From Parcubacteria bacterium C7867-001 (GTDB lineage Bacteria; Patescibacteriota; Minisyncoccia; Phycocordibacterales; Phycocordibacteraceae): a stretch of DNA of 64,000 nt. Positions within the stretch are counted from its first letter, which is position 1, and every line of letters starts with the position of its first letter. The stretch spans positions 1,937 through 65,936 of the forward strand of contig LFCK01000002.1 in assembly GCA_001189095.1 (NCBI GenBank), given 5' to 3'. A program made the position numbers and the translations under genes. This document shows, piece by piece, positions 1 to 7,807 of this stretch. The notes under the pieces were generated by a model. That model had not been told where the DNA came from. It worked only from the letters and a program-made list of their open reading frames with translations, and ran no database searches.

Positions 1-183
1 GTTTCACTTCCCGAGGTTCGCGATCTTCCTTGCGGAAGAACAATCCATACGGATTTGGTTTCCCTATTCGGACATTTCCGGATCAAAGGTTACAAGTCAC
101 CTCCCCGAAACATTTCGCAGACTAGTCACGTCCTTCATCGCTGTTGTAAGCCTAGGCATCCACCGTGCGCCCTTAATTGTTTC
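1..183 (-). rRNA. rrl: 23S rRNA, 5' end (partial, continues beyond window start)
   Basis: Reverse complement reads ...AATTAAGGGCGCACGGTGGATGCCTAGGC...GCGATGAAGGACGTG...GGGAAACC...GGGAAGTGAAAC, matching the universally conserved 5' domain of bacterial 23S rRNA; 5' boundary approximate. Confidence 0.85.
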
Positions 184-493
184 CTGTGCGGAAACCTGAA
201 CACCACATGTTCATTATGATCTTTTGCAATTCTTCCTCGGCACTAACAAATGCCGAGGTCGATTACCTTTTCTTTTTTCTTGCGTATTCAGTTATCAAGG
301 AGCCCGTATCTCTTGAAACGAAAACCGCCCCGAGGGGCGGCTTTCGTGTTTCCACGATGGGTCAGCGACCCGTTCCGCTCCTTGGTTTAGGTAGACTTCG
401 TAGTGATAGACACGTAGGGAGGAGTATATGCGTGTCCCCCTACCCTGTCAACACCTCGGGGTTTCAGCTGCTTTCTGGGGATACTGGGGACAG

Positions 494-520
494 AAAAAGC
501 CCGCATTTGCGGGCTTTTTC
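494..520 (-). terminator. rho-independent terminator hairpin (aaaaagcccgcatttgcgggcttttt), bidirectional in form
   Basis: Perfect GC-rich stem with flanking A/T runs, immediately 3' of the minus-strand gene ending at 542. Confidence 0.6.
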
Positions 521-541
521 TGTCGAACAAACGTTCGGAGA

Positions 542-1222
542 TTACTTGATCTCCTCGCGCATCTTGTCGAGGAACTTTGCTGCTGAAGCCTGACCTCCGA
601 GACCGAAGGAAAGACCGAGCGCGAGAGCGACGGCAACCACCACACCCGTGAAGAGGGTCTGGACGAATCCGGTCGCAACCTGAAGCTGGTTGAGGGCCGC
701 AAGGACTGCGAAGATCCAGATTGACCAACGAGCGATAGAGCCGAGGAGGTTTGCTGAACGCATGTTCGCCGTAGCTGCTGCACCTGAGACGACGCGCTGT
801 GCTGCATCCGCGACAACCGCTGCAACAAGAAGAATAAGGACTGCAACGATGACCTGTGGGAGGTAGCCGAGGACTACCGCACGGAGGAAGATCGTTACCT
901 GCGTAAGACCAAGCACATCAAGCGCTGCAACGAGGAAGACCACGATGAAGAACCACTTGACGAGCATGCCGAGGAACGCGCCCGAATTAAGCTTGAAGCC
1001 CGCGCGCTCCATGACTTTCTCAACGCCAGCGGCGCGGAGTGCGGCATCAACGCGAAGCGAGGAGATAACCTGCGCAACAACGCGACCGAGACCAGCGCCA
1101 ATAAGCCAGCCGACGACGAAGATGATAATCGCAACGATGAGATTCGGGATGAAGTCCACGAGACCAAAGAACAAGCTCTGGAATGAGGAATTCAACGTAT
1201 CAGCCCAAGTGGTGAGGAACAT
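542..1222 (-). CDS. Integral membrane protein with conserved TM-helix repeats (MscS-related N-terminal module / CmpX-like)
   Basis: 226 aa, multiple hydrophobic helices with repeated LxxxxVxxAxxxL pattern typical of PF05552-type TM repeats; own terminator. Confidence 0.5.
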   Translation of the reverse strand: MFLTTWADTLNSSFQSLFFGLVDFIPNLIVAIIIFVVGWLIGAGLGRVVAQVISSLRVDAALRAAGVEKVMERAGFKLNSGAFLGMLVKWFFIVVFLVAALDVLGLTQVTIFLRAVVLGYLPQVIVAVLILLVAAVVADAAQRVVSGAAATANMRSANLLGSIARWSIWIFAVLAALNQLQVATGFVQTLFTGVVVAVALALGLSFGLGGQASAAKFLDKMREEIK

Positions 1223-1363
1223 ACGTAAATTACTTAAGGTAGGTTAACGGAGTAATAGCAGCGCAGTCTGATAGGCAGTTCTGCTATCTATAAGTGTAGC
1301 AAGCGGGGGTAGCGGTTAGAGACCCTCTGTGGATAGGCCATTAGAGGCCAAAATAGCAAGGTT

Positions 1364-1936
1364 TTAGGAGAGCGAGCTCTTCTCGAAGACCGTTCGATGG
1401 GCGTAATCGAACACATCGCGAACAAGGCGGTCATAAACACCGACGCGATAGCGAAAATCCTGACTCGTAAAGGACGCGTAGCGCAATTCCCTGCCGAGCT
1501 CTGCTTCAAGCGCGTGCACTGCGGTCGAAAGGACGCGATCGTCGAGTCGATCACCAATTACGAGTATGTCGACTTTCGGTTCTAGGGCGCCAGTGAAAAC
1601 ACCGGTGAGGGTGATTTGGCGCAGGGTTCCTGCTTTCTTCAGATTCGAGATGATACGCGCATCGCTGATCTCGGTCGTATCGCGCACGAAGCGCTGGAGC
1701 GCGTCATAGACGCCGATGCGTCTGTTGGTCGTGAAGAGTGTACGACTCTGCACCGTACGCTTCTTTAAAACTCCCGCGGAGACGAGAAGCGCAAGCTCTT
1801 TTCGTGCTTGACTGAGCGAAACCTTCGCACGGAAGGCCGCATCTTTAGCGGAAAAAGCAGTGTCATCATTAAAAAGGAAGAGACGGAGAAGCTTCAGTCG
1901 AGCAGCAGAACTAAAGAGTTTCGAAAGGGTTTCCAT
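1364..1936 (-). CDS. Winged-helix (ArsR-like HTH) transcriptional regulator, probable
   Basis: ORF track 1364..2050; likely start at internal Met (METLSKLFSSAARLKLLRLF...), N-terminal HTH-like segment; remainder uncharacterised. Confidence 0.45.
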   Translation of the reverse strand: METLSKLFSSAARLKLLRLFLFNDDTAFSAKDAAFRAKVSLSQARKELALLVSAGVLKKRTVQSRTLFTTNRRIGVYDALQRFVRDTTEISDARIISNLKKAGTLRQITLTGVFTGALEPKVDILVIGDRLDDRVLSTAVHALEAELGRELRYASFTSQDFRYRVGVYDRLVRDVFDYAHRTVFEKSSLS

Positions 1937-2075
1937 GCAAGTCCGGTCATTGTACGTACTGGGCTCCCCCTTGCGCAAGCCAGAGAAACGAGACGTAAAT
2001 CCCCCTTCTGAAGGTACTTGCAGATTGTTGTTGTATATGTTGTAATACACTCAACCTAACAATTTGGAGGGTTAC

Positions 2076-2402
2076 ATGAAAAAGTTGTTCTTGTGTCTGA
2101 GCGCACTGGTCCTGCTTGCTGCGTGCGATCAAAAGTCCATGGAAAGTGCCTTCGGAAGTCCGAACAAAGAAGTACTCGGCAAGATCGAATCCCAGGAAAC
2201 GGTGACGAGCGACGGCAAAACTCTTTGCCAAGTCCGCTACACCATCCCTGAGGAGAAGGATGCGAGCATCCACACGGGTCTCGTGCTGAAGACAGAGGAT
2301 ACGGAGGGCTTGTTCCTCCGATGCAGCATGCTGAAGCAAGGCGATGTCGTCCACGTCCTTAAGACGCAGGCTTTCATCGCCATCAACTGGCGCAAAAGCT
2401 AA
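2076..2402 (+). CDS. Small lipoprotein of unknown function
   Basis: Start refined to MKKLFLCLSALVLLAAC (signal peptide plus lipobox Cys) with GGAGGG RBS 4 nt upstream; followed by tandem terminator hairpins at ~2423..2487. Confidence 0.65.
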   Translation: MKKLFLCLSALVLLAACDQKSMESAFGSPNKEVLGKIESQETVTSDGKTLCQVRYTIPEEKDASIHTGLVLKTEDTEGLFLRCSMLKQGDVVHVLKTQAFIAINWRKS

Positions 2403-2422
2403 CGCTCGACGCCAAATCCACA

Positions 2423-2487
2423 ACGGGCCGCCCTTCGGGCGGCCCGTTTTTCATACAAACAAAACCCCCGCGAGAGCGGGGGTTTTG
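2423..2487. terminator. Two tandem GC hairpins with T/A runs (bidirectional terminators between lipoprotein gene and rplL)
   Basis: acgggccgcccttcgggcggcccgttttt and aaaacccccgcgagagcgggggttttg; approximate coordinates. Confidence 0.6.
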
Positions 2488-2504
2488 CATAGAGGGGGGT
2501 TGGA

Positions 2505-2969
2505 TTACTTAAGGGTAACCTTACCGCCAGCCTCTTCAATCTTCTTCTTGAGTTCGTCAGCTTCCTCCTTCTTCATGCCTGCCTTGAGGACCGATGGAGC
2601 GCCATCAACGGCGTCCTTCGCCTCCTTGAGACCGAGACCGAGAGCTTCCTTAACTACCTTGATCACGGCAATCTTGTTGCCGCCTGCATCAGAGAGTTCA
2701 ACGTCAAACGATGACTTCTCTTCTGCCGCTGCACCGCCGGCTGCAGGACCTGCAACCGCGACTGCTGCTGCGGATACGCCGAACTTCTCTTCGAAGACCT
2801 TCACGAGCTCGGAGAGCTCGAGGACCGTCATCGCTTCGATTTCCTCGACGATTTTCTTAAACTTAGCCGGAACTTCGACTTCTTTCTTTTCTTCTACTGC
2901 AGGCGCTGCCGGAGCTGCAGTTTCTTCAACTGCTGCCGGAGCTGCTGCATCTGCCTGTACTTCGTCCAT
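2505..2969 (-). CDS. rplL: 50S ribosomal protein L7/L12, with ~35-aa Ala/Pro/Glu-rich N-terminal extension
   Basis: [37 protein letters not shown]...[31 protein letters not shown] matches full-length L7/L12; extra low-complexity N-terminus. Confidence 0.93.
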   Translation of the reverse strand: MDEVQADAAAPAAVEETAAPAAPAVEEKKEVEVPAKFKKIVEEIEAMTVLELSELVKVFEEKFGVSAAAVAVAGPAAGGAAAEEKSSFDVELSDAGGNKIAVIKVVKEALGLGLKEAKDAVDGAPSVLKAGMKKEEADELKKKIEEAGGKVTLK

Positions 2970-2988
2970 AGTGATTCAATTAAATAAG

Positions 2989-3483
2989 TTACGCTGCCTT
3001 CTTCTTTGCGATTTGGTCGAGAACAATCGCCATGCCCTGAATTGGGCTGTTGATTACGTTCACGAACATACCACGGAGAACTGGAAGCGGAGGAATAGTT
3101 GCGATTGCAGTCATCTTCGCTGCATCGGCGTATACGTTTTCGAACACGCCGCCGACGATACTGAGCGCTCCGTCATGTTTCTTGCCCGTCTCGTAAATGA
3201 GGCGCGCAGGTGCCGTAGCGTCAGTGTTGCTCCATGCAATTGCTATCTCACCGGGGAGCTCGGGAATAGTTCCCGTGTAGCCCTTCTCGGCAAGCGCGCG
3301 CTTGATGAGGCTTTTCTTGGCGACATAGTAGCCCACCTGCTCATCGCGCAAACCCTTACGCATTGCGTACGTGTTCGCAGCCGAAAGGCCGGTGAACTTA
3401 ACGAAAACCACCGAGGCCGCGTCTTTGAGCGACTCGCTGACTTTTCCTACGATGTCTACTTTCTTTGCTTTGGTAATTGCCAT
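2989..3483 (-). CDS. rplJ: 50S ribosomal protein L10
   Basis: Family-level similarity, position immediately upstream of rplL. Confidence 0.9.
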   Translation of the reverse strand: MAITKAKKVDIVGKVSESLKDAASVVFVKFTGLSAANTYAMRKGLRDEQVGYYVAKKSLIKRALAEKGYTGTIPELPGEIAIAWSNTDATAPARLIYETGKKHDGALSIVGGVFENVYADAAKMTAIATIPPLPVLRGMFVNVINSPIQGMAIVLDQIAKKKAA

Positions 3484-3672
3484 AATTGGTTTTACGTACA
3501 GAAACGAACAAGGTCATCCGTTATGGATGACCGAGGAGACAGTAGAACGAGAACGCGCCGAAACGCTTCCCCGTTCGTCCCTCGGCAGGAAATTAAGGCC
3601 TTTCGACCACCCGCTGTCTTCGGTCCGTACAGGAGGGACTATACCGAAGCTGGGCCGTTCTTGCAAACGTGG
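3484..3672 (-). promoter_or_regulatory. Long 5' leader of rplJ (candidate L10 autoregulatory leader)
   Basis: 189-nt untranslated region with stable hairpin (ggtcatccataacggatgacc) directly upstream of rplJ; functional assignment is inference only. Confidence 0.25.
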
Positions 3673-4317
3673 CTACACGATTGCCTGAGCAATTGATCCC
3701 ACCACAAAGGCGGCGAGGAAGTTAAATACAAAGGAGAGGAGAATGAACGTGCGCATGCGCATCTTCGTAAACCCTAGGATAGTGATACCAATCTCGTCCG
3801 GGAGCGGCGACGCAATGATGAGACCACCCACCAAAAACGCGAGCCAGCGCAACGACTTGAGCGACATGAGCCGCTTAAAGCGCCGATATGCGCCCTGCTC
3901 AGCAAGGAGTGAGGTGAGATGTTCGGAGAAACGATCGCGTATAAAGCGGAAGATGATGAGATCGCCACAGACCGCACCGAGCGCTGCCCAGAACGCCGTG
4001 AACAAAACCCCCTGCCCTAACGCGAGCTCACCAATGGTCACCGTCGCGGGAGCAACGGTGAGAAGCGACGTGAAAAAGATTCCGGCGATGAACGTACCGA
4101 GTATCGAAAGCTCTTTGGTCTGCTCGAGGAGAAGCGCGAACGAATTATTGCCGATAAGAATTCCGGCAACCACAAGACTTATCGCTATGATGACGAGATC
4201 AAACCAGATCTCCTGATGAGCTTTGGCTAGGCGTCGTCTCATGAGAAGCGGATTACCACGGAACACCGACTGAAGTAAAACGAAGCACGAGAAGCGCAAC
4301 CGCGAGAATGAGCGCAA
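3673..4317 (-). CDS. Integral membrane protein, unknown function
   Basis: 214 aa ORF, 5-6 predicted TM helices; start may be internal Met (MRRRLAKAH...). Confidence 0.5.
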   Translation of the reverse strand: MRSFSRLRFSCFVLLQSVFRGNPLLMRRRLAKAHQEIWFDLVIIAISLVVAGILIGNNSFALLLEQTKELSILGTFIAGIFFTSLLTVAPATVTIGELALGQGVLFTAFWAALGAVCGDLIIFRFIRDRFSEHLTSLLAEQGAYRRFKRLMSLKSLRWLAFLVGGLIIASPLPDEIGITILGFTKMRMRTFILLSFVFNFLAAFVVGSIAQAIV

Positions 4318-4376
4318 ACCCTGACGCGAATTTCATAAACTCGAAGAAGTAGCGCATACGTTTACCCTAGTATAAA

Positions 4377-4406
4377 CGAAAAACCGCCCCGTAGGGCGGT
4401 TTTTCG
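4377..4406 (-). terminator. rho-independent terminator (aaaaaccgccccgtagggcggttttt)
   Basis: GC stem plus T-run 3' of the 4448..6367 gene. Confidence 0.6.
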
Positions 4407-4447
4407 TTTCCTAACTTACGTTAGGGACCTACACATTAATCCGTAGA

Positions 4448-6367
4448 TTAACGCTTCGTGACGAAGACGAGGTCGCTCTTGAACGAGTCAAGATTCGACG
4501 TGTAGTAGGTGGTGCTGAGCGTGCTCGACGGACCGTAGTTGATACCAACGAGGGTAACACCAACGTTTCCAGCGGTCGGCGTACCAGTGGTGGTAGCGAT
4601 GAACGTGGAAGTGAAGGTGAACGTACGGCTCGTGTTTGCCGAGACCTTGTACGCAGTACCAGCAACGTCGCCGTTGATGGTGTCTGCGGCCGTGACTGCA
4701 GAGCCCTGCGGTTCACCCGTAGCGCCCTGAGTCGAGCCAGTCGACGTAGCGTAGTTCACACCGCCTGCCGAAGCTGACGGAGTGGTCGAGACAGAAGCCA
4801 CCTTGGTGGTTGCTGCACCGATGAAGACGTCCGTGTCACTTGCAGTGACTGTGAACGGCATCGTGAAGGTAACGACGTCGCCCGCACCTGCGAGACCTGC
4901 CGTAACCGTCTTCGAGAACGTACCCTTCGTAACCGAAACGCCGGTTGCGGTAAGGGTCTGGGTGTAACCGAGGACTGCCGACGACGGAGTAACCGAAGCG
5001 CCGTTGTCATCCGAGACATCCCAACCATACGTCGTGGTCGACGCGATGAGCGTCGTTCCGTCTGCGTATGCGCTGTCGCCCTTGAGGTCAACAACAACAT
5101 CGAGCGTAACGGTTTCGTCAGCATCGATATCGAGGTCAACACCATCGAAGGTCGTGGTACCGAAGGTACCAGTTGAAACGGTCTTCGACTTGAGGACGGT
5201 CGAACCGTTCATAAGCTTCACAGTCGAGATAACATCGTTAAGATTGTTATCCGAAGTGCCGAGCTGGACCGGGAGGTCCGTCACGGTGACGGTCTGATTC
5301 TTCGCCTTGAGTTTGAGCGAGAGGATCTTCACGCCAGTCGTGGTCGAGCTCGAAACAGCAACCTGGCTTGCGCGAGGAGAGCTGTCCGAGAGGCTCGAGG
5401 TAAGCGTACCAGCCGTGCTTGCCGAGACGGTGAAGTCCTGGGTGATAGCAGTGCTGACGTAGGTGTCCGAGATACCATCTGCACCGGCAGCGCGGAGGCT
5501 GTCAACGAGAAGTTTCGCGGTAACCGTCTTACCATCTTCGTTCGTGCCGATCGAAGCGACCGGGGTAACTTCGACGTAGATGTTGCCCGTCTGACCATTC
5601 TTCACGACCGTGTTGAGGTTCGAGAAGCGGAAGGTCCACGTGCGTCCATCCTTGTCGCCGTCCGAAGCATCCATCGAGGCAACTTTCTTGCCATCGATGT
5701 AGAGGCTGACCGTATCGACGTACTTGTCGAGGTTCGAGCTCTGGCTTGAAACGTTTGCGACCACGAAGGTTGCATCAACGCGCTGAATCATGACATCGCC
5801 ATCCGTAGCATCTCCAGAGACGCCGACGACTTTCGTCACTGCATCGCCCTCATCGAGGTCGGTGGTGACATCGCCGAGCGAGGTGATACCGGTGAGGCGG
5901 CCATTGCCAGTGAGGCCGGTGGTCGTACCAGGAGTGCTGGTCGTGCCGCCTGCCATAGCATTGACTGCTGCGCGGGTCTTCGGACCGAAGTAGCCAGCTG
6001 CCGGCGCAATGCCGTTAGCTGCCTGGAAAGCTGCGACTGCTGCCTGGGTCTGAGAACCAAAGTAGCCAGTTGCGCCTGCCGGGATCGAGAAGCCCTTGCT
6101 GATAAGCCAGTTCTGAAGACCGGTTACGTCAGTTCCCTTTGAACCGATAGTAAGGTCTGAATTGAACATGGTGCTTCCTGTTGAGTTGGAACCACCAGCC
6201 TGCGCCTGAAGGGCTGCAATCTGCGCCATAAGAGCGCTGATCTGTGCCTGAATATCAGTCGAGGTAGCTGCCTTCGCCGGAACGTAGGCAAACGACATCG
6301 CAACGAGACCGAAACCGGCCACTACCGCTGCGATTTTCGCGACTGTATTTGTGTTTGCATTAGACAT
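4448..6367 (-). CDS. Secreted/anchored surface protein with two peptidoglycan-binding (PG_binding_1-like) repeats and a long Thr/Ser/Val-rich beta-rich region
   Basis: N-terminal hydrophobic anchor; GSKGTDVTGLQNWLISKGF...AAVAAFQAANGI repeated twice; low-complexity T/S/V-rich C-terminal 450 aa. Confidence 0.7.
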   Translation of the reverse strand: MSNANTNTVAKIAAVVAGFGLVAMSFAYVPAKAATSTDIQAQISALMAQIAALQAQAGGSNSTGSTMFNSDLTIGSKGTDVTGLQNWLISKGFSIPAGATGYFGSQTQAAVAAFQAANGIAPAAGYFGPKTRAAVNAMAGGTTSTPGTTTGLTGNGRLTGITSLGDVTTDLDEGDAVTKVVGVSGDATDGDVMIQRVDATFVVANVSSQSSNLDKYVDTVSLYIDGKKVASMDASDGDKDGRTWTFRFSNLNTVVKNGQTGNIYVEVTPVASIGTNEDGKTVTAKLLVDSLRAAGADGISDTYVSTAITQDFTVSASTAGTLTSSLSDSSPRASQVAVSSSTTTGVKILSLKLKAKNQTVTVTDLPVQLGTSDNNLNDVISTVKLMNGSTVLKSKTVSTGTFGTTTFDGVDLDIDADETVTLDVVVDLKGDSAYADGTTLIASTTTYGWDVSDDNGASVTPSSAVLGYTQTLTATGVSVTKGTFSKTVTAGLAGAGDVVTFTMPFTVTASDTDVFIGAATTKVASVSTTPSASAGGVNYATSTGSTQGATGEPQGSAVTAADTINGDVAGTAYKVSANTSRTFTFTSTFIATTTGTPTAGNVGVTLVGINYGPSSTLSTTYYTSNLDSFKSDLVFVTKR

Positions 6368-6790
6368 AATAACGTTTTTGTAAGTTTAGGATGCGTGCGA
6401 CGCGGCGGTGCTAATAATGTGTCGCGCCGCGCGCATCTTGCATTCTTTGTAATTGGTGAGTACGGACGCGCGTGGCGCCCAGTACTCGTTCGCACATTCC
6501 TTGACTACCCGACGAGGAGCATTATCGACACGCTTCTCATCGGCTAGCTGGTAAAGTGGGTTCTTTCATTCTGAAGCACATCCGTAGCTGGGAGAATCAT
6601 CCGTTCTGGTCCCGCCTTATACGCTGACGGGCAAGCGGGCGTAGGATTACGCCTTGAACAATCAATTCCCTATTCGTTTTTCAACGAACAATCCTTACGG
6701 AAGCGCCCCAGAGGCGCAAGGTACAGTATCGCCTGCGCCCTAGGGTTTTCCTCGTTTTTTCATGTGGATAACAACACAACTTAGGTACGA
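6368..6790. other. ~530-nt region without convincing ORFs (long leader of the surface-protein gene / candidate structured RNA)
   Basis: Only short, low-complexity ORFs; several GC-rich inverted repeats; lies between divergent regions of differing GC. Confidence 0.3.
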
Positions 6791-6816
6791 AAAAGAGACC
6801 GTCTCCGGTCTTTTTT
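6790..6816 (-). terminator. rho-independent terminator (aaaaagagaccgtctccggtctttttt)
   Basis: Perfect hairpin plus T-run 3' of gene 6901..7674. Confidence 0.6.
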
Positions 6817-6900
6817 CATGCATGAGTTATGCCCATACCACCCCTCCACCCTACCCCAATTATGAAGAAAGGTCAATTCAGTCCGAGCCCAAACGAGGGG

Positions 6901-7674
6901 TTAGGAAATCGAGTATTGCGTCCAACGTCGATCCCCGCTTCGGGTAACCACCCCCTCAACCACAAGTGCTTGGAGTTCGCGCTGGATAGTCTTTTCGCTT
7001 ACATCCCGAATGACGGTCGAGATATCCTTTATATAGGAAGGGCTCTTTGTACGAAGGACAGAGAGGATTGCGTCCCTCCTCCCCTGCTGATTGTCCTTTA
7101 TGTCTTTTATCTGGACCTTGTGACCTGCCTCTTGGACAACCACTGGTTCTGGGACAGAAGTCGAAGCGACTCTTGCTTTCGGTTCGTAGCGCGGCTGAAC
7201 TGATGCGCGAGCCAGAGCTGCGAGCGTTGGAGCTTCCCCGAGACTCACCCGCGGCATTTCGTACGAAGCTGCTTCTTGCAGAAGAACATGCGCCTCCTCA
7301 GAAATAAGGTCTGCATTCATAGGAGAAAGTATGCCCGCACTTCTCGCTATTGAAAGAATGCTCGAAAGTGCGAGCAATTCCTTTGAAAGCGATTCAAGAG
7401 AAAACGCGACTCCACCAATGGTCGCATCGATAAGAGCGACTGATACGCGGTCGACGCGATCTCTCAAGGACGGATGGTCCCTGAATGCTGGCGTCACGAG
7501 CGTAAGAGCTTTTGAAAGGCGCTCGGCTTTCTTGTAGATATATATCCTTTGAATGTCTTTATTAAATACGTTGTTGAATATCGATTTTTCTAGGACGAAC
7601 GAGTCTGAATCAGCACCCTTGATTCGTGATTTATACTTCTCTATGTCCTTTATGTGTCCCTTGTTGGTATCCAT
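6901..7674 (-). CDS. Hypothetical protein with C-terminal winged-helix (DeoR/GntR-like) DNA-binding domain
   Basis: 257 aa; C-terminal ...ISTVIRDVSEKTIQRELQALVVEGVVTRSGDRRWTQY; AAGGA RBS and TTGCTC-17-TATAAT promoter upstream; visibly lower GC than neighbours. Confidence 0.55.
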   Translation of the reverse strand: MDTNKGHIKDIEKYKSRIKGADSDSFVLEKSIFNNVFNKDIQRIYIYKKAERLSKALTLVTPAFRDHPSLRDRVDRVSVALIDATIGGVAFSLESLSKELLALSSILSIARSAGILSPMNADLISEEAHVLLQEAASYEMPRVSLGEAPTLAALARASVQPRYEPKARVASTSVPEPVVVQEAGHKVQIKDIKDNQQGRRDAILSVLRTKSPSYIKDISTVIRDVSEKTIQRELQALVVEGVVTRSGDRRWTQYSIS

Positions 7675-7807
7675 TGTCCTTAATGTCGTACAGGGATTAT
7701 ACGTCCTTGAAATAGAGCGAGCAAATTATCCTGCTGCCCTATAGAAATCCGTGGCGCTAAGAGAGCGCTACGGCGACTGGGGACAAGGGTGATGGTGGTA
7801 AAATACC

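Noticed and set aside
2344-3696. 450-aa plus-strand ORF spanning rplL/rplJ
   Set aside because: Antisense to two unambiguous ribosomal protein genes; low-complexity A/S/T/P-rich translation typical of spurious ORFs in high-GC DNA
6368-6900. RNase P RNA, tmRNA or SRP RNA in the 530-nt spacer
   Set aside because: None of the diagnostic conserved strings (GGAAAGTCCGG for RNase P, tRNA-like GGTTCGAATCC/CCACCA 3' end for tmRNA, GGAA/AGCA domain-IV motifs for SRP) were found on either strand
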